A stretch of DNA of 64,000 bases, from the NCBI GenBank assembly GCA_963826525.1, contig CAWGXH010000004.1:1248001-1312000 (forward strand). The letters run 5' to 3'. Position numbers and translations under genes: made by a program. The first letter of the stretch is position 1, and every line of letters starts with the position of its first letter. The notes below the pieces were generated by a model. It saw only the letters and a list, made by a program, of their open reading frames with translations. It ran no database searches and was not told the DNA's origin. Source of the DNA: an uncultured Methanomicrobiaceae archaeon (GTDB lineage: Archaea > Halobacteriota > Methanomicrobia > Methanomicrobiales > Methanoculleaceae). Positions 55,890 to 64,000 of the stretch are shown one piece after another.

Positions 55890-57085
55890 ATCCGCCTCCC
55901 CACGCCGCTTTCCACCGCCGCCTCGTACACCGCCTCCGAAACCTCCTTCGTCACCCGTTTGTCAAGGATACTCGGGAGGATCCGCTCCCTGGTCGGCCGG
56001 GTTACGAATCCGGCGAGGGCGTGGGCGGCAGCGAGTTTCATCGTATCGTTGATAGCCGTTGCCCGGGCGTCGAGTGCTCCCCGGAAGACACCGGGAAATG
56101 CGAGGACGTTGTTGATCTGGTTAGGAAAGTCTGAGCGGCCGGTGCCGATCACCGCTGCTCCCGCACGTTCGGCGGCATCCGGCATGATCTCGGGGACGGG
56201 GTTTGCGAGAGCGAAGACGATTGGGTGGGGAGCCATGGCCCTCACCATCGATTCGGTGACGATCCCTCCCACAGAGACCCCTATAAGTGCGTCCGCTCCC
56301 TGCATGGCATCGGCGAGTGTCCCGTGCCGGTTCTCCGGGTTGGTCTCGTGGGCAAGGATATATTTGTGCGTGTTCTTCAGGAGATCGCCCCGTCCCCGGT
56401 AGAGGATCCCCTGCGTATCGGCGACGACGATCTCCCTGACCGGGCTGCAGCTGCCCCCCTCCACCCCGAGGCACCGGAGTAGCCGGACTACGGCGTACCC
56501 CGCCGCCCCCGCACCGCTCACCGCGATGGTGAGGTCCTCGAATTTCCTTCCGGTGACCAGGGCGGCGTTCATGAGTGCGGCGAGAACCACGATCGCCGTC
56601 CCATGCTGGTCGTCATGCATCACCGGGATGCCGAGATCTCCGAGCGCCTCTTCAACCTCAAAACAGTTCGGTGCGGCGATATCCTCGAGGTTAATCCCGC
56701 CGAAGACCGGGGCGATCTTTCTGACACCGTCGACGAGATCGGCAGGGGAGCCATCAAAGCAGATCGGGATGGCATCGATCCCGGCGAATTCCCGGAAGAG
56801 TATCGCCTTCCCCTCCATCACCGGGATTGCGGCGGAAGCGCCGATGTTGCCGAGGCCGAGCACCGCCGAGCCGTCCGTTACTATCGCGACGGTGTTTGCC
56901 TTCATGGTGTAATCGTAGGCTTTTGCCGGGTCTCTCCGGATCTCCCGGCAGACCTCTGCCACACCGGGCGTATAGGCCAGGGCAAGGTCGTGCATGGTCC
57001 GAAGAGGCACTTTGGAACAGACTGCGAGTTTTCCACGGCATTTCCTGTGCAGAGTGAGTGACTCGCGGTAGAGTTCCTCATCCAT
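55886..57085 (-). CDS. NAD(P)-dependent malic enzyme
   Basis: LAYTPGVA, MEGKAILF, NLEDIAAP, HDDQHGTA, GAGAAG, NQINNVLAFPG. Confidence 0.93.
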   Translation of the reverse strand: MDEELYRESLTLHRKCRGKLAVCSKVPLRTMHDLALAYTPGVAEVCREIRRDPAKAYDYTMKANTVAIVTDGSAVLGLGNIGASAAIPVMEGKAILFREFAGIDAIPICFDGSPADLVDGVRKIAPVFGGINLEDIAAPNCFEVEEALGDLGIPVMHDDQHGTAIVVLAALMNAALVTGRKFEDLTIAVSGAGAAGYAVVRLLRCLGVEGGSCSPVREIVVADTQGILYRGRGDLLKNTHKYILAHETNPENRHGTLADAMQGADALIGVSVGGIVTESMVRAMAPHPIVFALANPVPEIMPDAAERAGAAVIGTGRSDFPNQINNVLAFPGVFRGALDARATAINDTMKLAAAHALAGFVTRPTRERILPSILDKRVTKEVSEAVYEAAVESGVGRRI

Positions 57086-57267
57086 ACTGCCGACTTGCCG
57101 GTAAGCTACATCTACCTTTCCGTAACCCGCTCCCGGGCCTGCTGGGTGGCCGCTACGACCCTCTGACCGGGTGGCTGGCTGTTTGAGGCGGCCTCATGCC
57201 GTATCTTCGATACTGCGGAACGTATTTATGCTCTGAGTTAGGGGTATCCGCCTGACTGAAATGTGAG

Positions 57268-57471
57268 GTGGGAACTGTGGTCAGGTGGGTCTGCAGTATC
57301 TGTGACTATGTATACGACGAGGAGATGGGGGATCCGGCAACCGGGATTCCGCCCGGAACCGCTTTCCACGACCTTCCCGACGACTGGCAGTGTCCGGGCT
57401 GCCGGGTCGGCAAGGAGGCGTTCGTGCGCAGCGAAGGGAGAGAGGATGTGAATGACGATGACGAACTCTGA
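57268..57471 (+). CDS. rubredoxin (possibly fused to the downstream TPP enzyme)
   Basis: WVCSICDYVYD...GIPPGTAFHDLPDDWQCPGC. Confidence 0.92.
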   Translation: MGTVVRWVCSICDYVYDEEMGDPATGIPPGTAFHDLPDDWQCPGCRVGKEAFVRSEGREDVNDDDEL

Positions 57472-59065
57472 ATCGACCACGGTCGCCGATCTCATGGCGG
57501 CCGAGCTCGCTGCGTGGGGTATCCGCCTGATTTTCGGGATGCCTGGGGGTTCGTCGCTCCCGCTCGTCGATGCTATCCGGAGACGGGACGACCTCCGGTA
57601 TATCGTCGTCCGGCACGAGGAGACGGCGGCGATGGCGGCGTCGGCGTACAACAAACTCACCGGTGGAATTGCCGTCTGCCTGACCATCGCCGGTCCCGGC
57701 GCCACCAACCTTGCGACGGGCCTGTACGACGCCAAAGAGGATCGCGCTTCGGTCCTTGCGCTGAACGGGCAGGTGAAGACGCAGTACACCGGTCCCGGCG
57801 GATTTCAGGAGATTGACCAGGACGCGTTCTTCCGGCCGGTGACGGTCTTCAACAATACTGTCTCCGATCGGTCGACGGCAGTCGAGCTCCTGACACGAGC
57901 CCTGCGCTACGCGATCATCGATCACGGTGTCGCCCAGCTCTCCGTGCCGAGCGACATCCAGAAAGAGAGGCTTACGGCCTCCTCCTGCAGGCGGGAGGCC
58001 TGCCTGCAGGACGGGGCGATCGTTCCTGCCGGGGATGCTGTCGATGGCGCGGCGAAGGTGATCGACCGGGCGAATCATCCCGTTATCGTTGCCGGATGGG
58101 GTGCCATGAAGGCTGCCCCGCACGTCCTCAACCTTGCCCGGAAGATTGGAGCGCCGATCGTCACCACGTTCCGTGCCAAAGGCATCATTCCGGAGGATAA
58201 CGAGTGGGTTATCGGTATTCACGGTCCCATAGGGCCCCCGCAGGCGGCACAGGCAGTGAAGGACGCCGATCTCCTGATCACCTGTGGGGTCGGTTTCTCG
58301 CAGTATACGGGTCTCCCGGGCGACAAACCGACGGTGCAGATCGAGGTCGACCCGCTCCGGATCGGGAGGCACCCGTTCGCCGCTGCGCTCTGGGGGAGCA
58401 CCGAGCACGTCCTCCCGAAACTCGTCGGGCGCGTTCGGAAGCGGGAGAGGGAACCGGTCCTGCAGAGCATCGCCGCTATGAAGCGGGAGTGGAGAGAGAC
58501 GCTCGACCGCGAGGCAGACCCTGAGGCGGTTCCGCTCCGCCCGCCGTTCATTATGAAGGTTCTCTCGGAGACCCTTCCCGAAGATGCGGTGATCACCGTT
58601 GACGTCGGGGAGAACGGGTGGTGGTTCGGCCGGAACTTCCTGATGAAGAACCAGCGCTTCGCAATGTCGGGCTACCTCGGCACGATGGGGTTTGGGCTTC
58701 CCGGTGCGATCGCGGGAAAACTCGCCTACCCCGAAAAGACCGTCGTCTGCATAACCGGTGACGGCAGTTTTGCCATGGTGATGGGGGAGTTCCTCACCGC
58801 CGTCAAGTACAACCTCCCCATGGTGGTGGTTATCCTGAACAACCACGAGCTCGCCATGATCACGCAGGAGCAGAAAGAGGCGCACTACCCGCCCTATGCG
58901 ACCGATCTCCTCAATCCGGACTTCGCCGCCTACGCTGGACTCTGCGGCGGCGCCGGGCGGAGGGTTACCCGACCGGCAGACCTCCAGGATGCGCTCATCG
59001 AAGCGATAGAGGCCGACCAGCCGTTCATCGTGGATATCGAGACGGATCCGAAACGGTTCGAATGA
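57452..59065 (+). CDS. thiamine pyrophosphate-dependent enzyme, pyruvate oxidase/acetolactate synthase family
   Basis: VRHEETAA, GPGATN, FQEID, GTMGFGLPGA, GDGSF..NN. Confidence 0.9.
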   Translation: MTMTNSESTTVADLMAAELAAWGIRLIFGMPGGSSLPLVDAIRRRDDLRYIVVRHEETAAMAASAYNKLTGGIAVCLTIAGPGATNLATGLYDAKEDRASVLALNGQVKTQYTGPGGFQEIDQDAFFRPVTVFNNTVSDRSTAVELLTRALRYAIIDHGVAQLSVPSDIQKERLTASSCRREACLQDGAIVPAGDAVDGAAKVIDRANHPVIVAGWGAMKAAPHVLNLARKIGAPIVTTFRAKGIIPEDNEWVIGIHGPIGPPQAAQAVKDADLLITCGVGFSQYTGLPGDKPTVQIEVDPLRIGRHPFAAALWGSTEHVLPKLVGRVRKREREPVLQSIAAMKREWRETLDREADPEAVPLRPPFIMKVLSETLPEDAVITVDVGENGWWFGRNFLMKNQRFAMSGYLGTMGFGLPGAIAGKLAYPEKTVVCITGDGSFAMVMGEFLTAVKYNLPMVVVILNNHELAMITQEQKEAHYPPYATDLLNPDFAAYAGLCGGAGRRVTRPADLQDALIEAIEADQPFIVDIETDPKRFE

Positions 59066-59126
59066 CTGCCGCCGTCCGTGGCGGTGTGGAAACGGTGATA
59101 TACCGGCGGCGAGATGATGGCGTTCT

Positions 59127-59462
59127 ATGACCACTACAGATGAGGAGATGGCGACGGTTGCGGCGAAGGTGCGGCGAGCTGTTCCCGGTCTTGCTGCCCG
59201 GGAAGAGCAGGAACGAAAAGACGCTCTTAAGGCTCTTCGGGAGCTCTGCAACTGTCCGGGATGCCCGACATACAACATCTGTGCGGAGCAGGCCGGTGAG
59301 AGGTTCTTCTGTGCAGAGGGAGGAAGCACAGTCTGCATCTCGAGCGAACGCGGGTGTCTCTGCCCCGACTGTCCTGTCCATGCCGAAATGGGTCTTCAGC
59401 ACCGATCCTTCTGCACGAGAGGCTCGGAGGCGATACAGGGGTACGAGACATCCCCCCGTTGA
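59127..59462 (+). CDS. DUF2769-like Cys-rich protein
   Basis: CNCPGCPTY...C...FC..G...C...CLCPDCPV...FCTRG. Confidence 0.8.
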   Translation: MTTTDEEMATVAAKVRRAVPGLAAREEQERKDALKALRELCNCPGCPTYNICAEQAGERFFCAEGGSTVCISSERGCLCPDCPVHAEMGLQHRSFCTRGSEAIQGYETSPR

Positions 59463-59641
59463 GCGGGGCGGAATGCTTAATAGCACCCGGATGCACCGGC
59501 CATGAAAAGGGGACGCGAGGATGATTAATCTGTTTGAGGCGGTCCGTTGCACGAGGATGGAATCCAAGGCTGGAGCCAGCAGTATGAACGCACCGCATGG
59601 GGTATCCGGTTCTGAAGCGATCCGGTGCGGGGGAGCGTAGC

Positions 59642-59956
59642 ATGCCGAAGTTCGAGGAGCAGGGACGGGATCTGGCTGAGCGGGATCGGAACGAACGGAT
59701 GCGGATGATCGCATCGCTCAACCTCCAATGCAGGTGTCCCGGATGCCCGACACACACTGACTGCGCAAAAAGGAACCGGGAGAAACTCTTCTGCTTCAAC
59801 GGGAAGAGTTTCATATGCATCGATACGGAGAGGGAATGCCTCTGTCCCGGCTGCCCGGTTCACGATGAGATGGGGCTCCGCTACAACTTTTTCTGCACGC
59901 GGGGTTCGGAGAAGGCACAGCGCTATGAACACGATGTATGGGGGATCCAGCACTAA
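59642..59956 (+). CDS. DUF2769-like Cys-rich protein (paralog)
   Basis: CRCPGCPTH...FC..GKS..C...CLCPGCPV...FFCTRG. Confidence 0.8.
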   Translation: MPKFEEQGRDLAERDRNERMRMIASLNLQCRCPGCPTHTDCAKRNREKLFCFNGKSFICIDTERECLCPGCPVHDEMGLRYNFFCTRGSEKAQRYEHDVWGIQH

Positions 59957-59976
59957 CGGTTCCGAAAAATGGGGAG

Positions 59977-60215
59977 TCATCCGCCGCTTACGTAGTCATA
60001 CAGAAAGGCGGCGAGAACTGCCCCGACGATCGGCCCGATGATGTAGATCGGGAAGAACTCCCAGAAATTCGTACCGCCGAGGAGCCAGTCGCCAAGATAC
60101 GGGTCGAAGGTTCGTGTGGGGTTGAGCGACGAACCGGCGATGTTCCCGGTCGTCGTGATGATCCCGGCAACGGTCAGTCCGACGACGAGTCCGGCAAAAC
60201 CGGGAGGCGCTCGCC
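59977..60215 (-). pseudogene. truncated aquaporin (AqpM-like) C-terminal fragment
   Basis: APPGFAGLVVG...GSSLNPTRTF...IYIIGPIVGA. First NPA half absent. Confidence 0.75.
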
Positions 60216-60323
60216 TCTGCGTATACGCAACGAGGCAAGGCGCATCCGGTACCGGCGTGCCCCTCCGGTTGCTAGGCAAAAAAGATTCAGGGGGATAGTC
60301 CCTTCTATTCCCTTCTATCCGGC

Positions 60324-60542
60324 TCAGGATCGCTTCTGTCCGCCGAATGCCTCACGACATTCCGGGCAGAGGACCCGCGGCACCTGTCGTTTCATCTCCC
60401 TGGCCGGGAACGGGTAGCCGCCCTCCCAGAGTTCGACGCTATCCCGCATGGTATGCTCCATACACAGACCCATTCCGCAGACGATGCAGACGGCAACCGC
60501 ATCGCTCCCCGCTCCTTCCGTGGCACATACATAGCACCGCAT
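60324..60542 (-). CDS. DUF2180-like zinc-finger protein
   Basis: MRCYVC...AVAVCIVCGMGLCMEH...GYPFP...LCPEC. GGAGG RBS. Confidence 0.8.
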   Translation of the reverse strand: MRCYVCATEGAGSDAVAVCIVCGMGLCMEHTMRDSVELWEGGYPFPAREMKRQVPRVLCPECREAFGGQKRS

Positions 60543-60760
60543 TTGTAACCCCTCCTGTTCCACCGGCAGTGCAGAAGACCGTTTCGTATGCTGAAGAGAT
60601 TGGTTCTCTATGTCCCTGTCTAAAAACGGGGCACGCACGGCTCGATGGGAGCACATGTGTAGCGGCGATCATCGCGCATATACATTTCGGTGGACTGGGA
60701 AGAGGCCCCCGGATTCTACTGGTCCGTGTTGGTTCTAGCAAAGTGTCGTCCGGTCATCTG

Positions 60761-61762
60761 CTAGAACCACTGATCCAGCGTCTTCTGATGTGCCTTTACC
60801 GAGAACTTCTCGAGAGCCCCTTCGACGCGCTCCCGTGAAAAATCGAACCTGCCGGAGAGCATCTCGACGACGCCGTCGGTATCCGGCGGCGACCAGGTGA
60901 GGTGGTAGTCGTCGGAGACCGGGGGGTTTAAGAAGAACTCCCTGATGGGCGTGGGATCGAACCCCGGCAGCCTTTCGGCGATGACGGATTCAAACTCCCC
61001 GTTTCGCACCAGTTTGAGTGCGGTCTTTCCGCCGACGCCCTTTATCCCGGGATGGTAGTCGGTGCCGACCAGGATACCGATCTCGACGAGGCCTTCACGG
61101 GTGATGCCGAGACAGTCAAGCAGGGTGTCAAGGACGATTCGCTCCGGACTGACCGTTATCGTCCGCCCCCGCATCTTTCGCCGTCCGCTTACGGTGAGGT
61201 TCCGGACGAGGACCGGCGAGCCGAAGAGGAGTGAGTCATAGTCCTGCGAGACGGCGAACCGGACGCTTCCCTTCTGTGCCATGTAGGCTGCCTGCGCTTC
61301 ACCCTCGCTTGGCGCCTGCACCCAGGGGATGCCGAGGAGCGTTAAGAGTTCCTGCGCGCTCCCGGTGATTGAGGCGTCGACGCGGGCGGAAGCACTCGCT
61401 TGCTTGTATGCTTCGGTTATGTCGCCGACCCGGAGCGCCTCCTTCCAGGCATCTCCCGCGCGGGTTCTGACCTCCCGCCGCTGATCGATCGTCTCCTGCT
61501 TGAACGTCGGGGGTGTGCCGTCGAAGACGTAGACCGGGCGGAGGCCCTTCTCGACGAAATTTGCGGTCCGGAAGAGGAGTCCCGTCAGGTGCGAGGTTAT
61601 CTGTCCCTCGGCGCTCATCAGTGGCGTGCCGTCGGGCTGCCGGATGATCGAGAGAAACTGGTACAGCGCATTGTGCGCGTCTATGGCGGCGATACCGGAA
61701 AGCGCGTCCAGGTCGACCGTCTCCCTGCAGTCGGCAGCAAGATCGCGGAGTGCAACACCCAT
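60761..61762 (-). CDS. fen: flap endonuclease 1
   Basis: MGV, IDAHNALYQFL, APSEGEAQAA, SQDYDSLLFG, GTDY, C-terminal PIP box QKTLDQWF. Confidence 0.96.
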   Translation of the reverse strand: MGVALRDLAADCRETVDLDALSGIAAIDAHNALYQFLSIIRQPDGTPLMSAEGQITSHLTGLLFRTANFVEKGLRPVYVFDGTPPTFKQETIDQRREVRTRAGDAWKEALRVGDITEAYKQASASARVDASITGSAQELLTLLGIPWVQAPSEGEAQAAYMAQKGSVRFAVSQDYDSLLFGSPVLVRNLTVSGRRKMRGRTITVSPERIVLDTLLDCLGITREGLVEIGILVGTDYHPGIKGVGGKTALKLVRNGEFESVIAERLPGFDPTPIREFFLNPPVSDDYHLTWSPPDTDGVVEMLSGRFDFSRERVEGALEKFSVKAHQKTLDQWF

Positions 61763-61812
61763 ATATCCTACCAATGAGCCGGGATGTGCGTATAAATGTT
61801 GGTGATCGGGGG

Positions 61813-62127
61813 TCAGCGGTACATCCGCCGTGAGAGCCCGTCGACGATATCCTCCATATGAGCGACGGTATTATCATATTTGGCGTTCATTGTCGCTGCC
61901 ATCTCTTCGAGGTTTACCCGCATGGTGCGTTCTCTGTTGATGACATTCTGTTCGAGGCTTATGATCTTCATGCCGAGGGAGATGATCAGACCGCCAAGAG
62001 AGAGCATCATGAAGGTGGCCGCCACCGCGAGGATCAGATCCTGCCAGAACCGCATCACCAGAACGACGGTGGAGATCACCATCACGATGGTCAGAATAAT
62101 GTCCGTGATGAGTTCACGAATATCCAT
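61813..62127 (-). CDS. hypothetical membrane protein with C-terminal coiled coil
   Basis: Two TM helices followed by a heptad region. Confidence 0.65.
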   Translation of the reverse strand: MDIRELITDIILTIVMVISTVVLVMRFWQDLILAVAATFMMLSLGGLIISLGMKIISLEQNVINRERTMRVNLEEMAATMNAKYDNTVAHMEDIVDGLSRRMYR

Positions 62128-62181
62128 ACTTTTAGATGATGAAAATGAATTAATTAACCTACCTATAAGTAACGGAGAAGT

Positions 62182-63096
62182 ATGATGCAGATACGTGACT
62201 GGTTACCGTTTGTCGGGATGCCCCTGATGCTCCTGTTTGTTCAGTTGATCGCAATAGTACTCTCCATCCCCATGCAGGAGGCAGGACTTGCGGCCTTCGA
62301 GGATCCGACCTCGGTAGCAAACCCCCTGATATTCATCGGCATGCTGCTTGCGTTTACACTCGTCCTGTTGATCCTTATAAAAAAGGGTGGGAAGCGCATC
62401 ATCGGTCTCTTTATCGCATTCTCGATATTTCTGACCTTCACCTATATCTTCGGGGCGATCGGCCTCTGGTACCTCGGTCTCTCGGATGTTACGGCGGTTG
62501 CGACGCTGCTCCTTGCCGCCGGAGCGACGGCACTCCTGTACTTCTATCCCGAGTGGTACGTCATCGACGTTCTCGGGGTGCTGATATCGGCCGGCGTCGC
62601 CTCCATATTCGGGATATCGCTCGCGATCCTGCCGGTGCTGGTGCTTCTCGTCCTGCTTGCGGTGTACGATGCGATCTCGGTCTACAAGACAAAGCACATG
62701 ATAACGCTCGCGGAAGGCGTCCTTGAGATGAAGACCCCTATTCTGGTGGTCGTCCCGAAGAGGAGGGACTACTCGTTCCGCAAAGAAGGTCTTGATATTG
62801 GAAAGGATAAAGGAGAGCGGGGTGCGTTCGTCATGGGAATGGGAGATCTGATCATGCCTTCCATCCTCGTGGCCTCCTCGTATATCTTCGTCGCCGCGCC
62901 GCCGGTCATCTGGGTGCTCTCCCTCCCCACCCTCGGCGCGATGGCAGGATCGCTTGCGGGCCTTGCGGTGCTGCTCTTCTTCGTCAACCAGGGAAAACCT
63001 CAGGCAGGTCTTCCCCCGCTGAACGGGGGAGCCATCGCCGGTTTTATTCTTGGATGTATTCTGGCGGGGACACTGGCCGGATGCTTCGGTGTGTGA
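62182..63096 (+). CDS. presenilin-family intramembrane aspartyl protease (PSH)
   Basis: YD (LAVYDAISV), GMGD, AGLPPLN. Confidence 0.93.
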   Translation: MMQIRDWLPFVGMPLMLLFVQLIAIVLSIPMQEAGLAAFEDPTSVANPLIFIGMLLAFTLVLLILIKKGGKRIIGLFIAFSIFLTFTYIFGAIGLWYLGLSDVTAVATLLLAAGATALLYFYPEWYVIDVLGVLISAGVASIFGISLAILPVLVLLVLLAVYDAISVYKTKHMITLAEGVLEMKTPILVVVPKRRDYSFRKEGLDIGKDKGERGAFVMGMGDLIMPSILVASSYIFVAAPPVIWVLSLPTLGAMAGSLAGLAVLLFFVNQGKPQAGLPPLNGGAIAGFILGCILAGTLAGCFGV

Positions 63097-64000
63097 GCAG
63101 GGCTTCGACCGCCTCCTCTATCCCCTCTCCGGTCACGGTGGACATGACCGGGTATCCGTCAACCTTCAGGATATCGGCCTTGTTCACGACGGCAATAACC
63201 GGCACGTCCACCATCCCGCTGACTTCATCGAGGAGCGCCTTCTGGTCTTCGATCGAGTAGCCGCACTGTTCGCTCGCGTCCAGCACGAAGAGAACGGCGT
63301 CGGCGACGTTCACAAGAGCGCTCACCGCCTGCTGTTCGATCTGGTTCCGCTCGGCGGCGGGCCGCTCGAGCACCCCGGGGGTATCGATGAGTTGCATCCG
63401 GTCCCGGGTCCCGAGTATGCGGTGGCCGACGATGATCCCCTTCGTGGTGAAGGGGTATGCGGCGATCTCGGGCTCTGCGGAGGAGACGAGCCTGATGAAC
63501 GAGGATTTTCCCACGTTCGGGTATCCGGCGACGACGACCGTGAACTCTTCCTCGGTGACGTGGGGAATCTTCCGGAGGATGTTCCTCGCTTCATTGAGGA
63601 ACAGCAGGTCGTCCTCTACCTGATGGACGATCGAGGCGATCCGCGCAACCGCCTGCCTTCTGACCTGGCCCGTATCGAGAGCGGGACGCATGGCGCGTGC
63701 ATGCTGGGTTCCGACGGTGCGCACCTGTTCCCCCGCCCATGTAACGGCGCCGAGTGACTTCTTCAGATGATCGACGCTGAAGAGAATATCCGCGATATCG
63801 CGATAGAAGGGGGGGAGACGGTCGAAGGTTGGGAACGATCTGACAACGGTATCGAGTTTGTCGTGGACAGCACTTGCTACCGATCTGACAAACTCTTCGT
63901 TCGCCTTGTCTTTATTTGTCTTCAGTTTCTTTCTTGCCGCTGCCCGGCGGAAACTGCGGTCGAGTATCTCTTCCGCAGTGGGTACGGTCGGTATTGTTTC
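63044..64000 (-). CDS. NOG1 family GTP-binding protein (start just outside the window, frameshift near 63720)
   Basis: IPTVPTAEEILDRSF, GYPNVGKS, YPFTTKG, DTPG, NKAD. Confidence 0.92.
   Translation of the reverse strand, partial: ETIPTVPTAEEILDRSFRRAAARKKLKTNKDKANEEFVRSVASAVHDKLDTVVRSFPTFDRLPPFYRDIADILFSVDHLKKSLGAVTWAGEQVRTVGTQHARAMRPALDTGQVRRQAVARIASIVHQVEDDLLFLNEARNILRKIPHVTEEEFTVVVAGYPNVGKSSFIRLVSSAEPEIAAYPFTTKGIIVGHRILGTRDRMQLIDTPGVLERPAAERNQIEQQAVSALVNVADAVLFVLDASEQCGYSIEDQKALLDEVSGMVDVPVIAVVNKADILKVDGYPVMSTVTGEGIEEAVEALLTHRSIRPVSPPEYIQE

Noticed and set aside
63044-63096. 53-bp convergent overlap between the presenilin and NOG1 genes
   Set aside because: Short 3'-3' overlaps are common in compact archaeal genomes and could also be an indel artefact.

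Overview
GC-rich archaeal DNA. Gene content and order (Rpp21-rps19e-rpl39e-rpl31e-eIF6-pfdA-ftsY-srp54-trmY-pus10-rpl21e-rpo4-rsmA, archaeal phosphoribulokinase, presenilin, DUF2769) point to a Methanomicrobiales methanogen (Methanoculleus/Methanofollis-like). Many genes, including essential ones, are split by single-base indels, most likely uncorrected sequencing or assembly errors, so I reconstructed genes across frames. Bases 1-14.9 kb are housekeeping. The accessory regions hold four notable loci. (i) A molybdopterin-oxidoreductase/cysteine-desulfurase fusion next to egtD, the metallopterin-dependent anaerobic ergothioneine pathway. (ii) A nitrogenase-like NifH + D-like + K-like set that is neither Nif nor CfbCD, interrupted by a USP and a PEGA gene. 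(iii) A ~6.8 kb secreted multidomain gene (DUF2341, Ig, DxDxDG repeats, ZU5/GPS-like segment, PEGA, pre-toxin helices) ending in a PD-(D/E)xK nuclease. It is followed by a candidate immunity gene and preceded by a secreted, catalytically dead lethal-factor-like zincin, and is a candidate archaeal polymorphic toxin system. (iv) An oxidative-stress/redox cluster (SOR, FprA, rubredoxin-TPP enzyme, DUF2769 x2). I found no rRNA, tRNA, CRISPR array or transposase.
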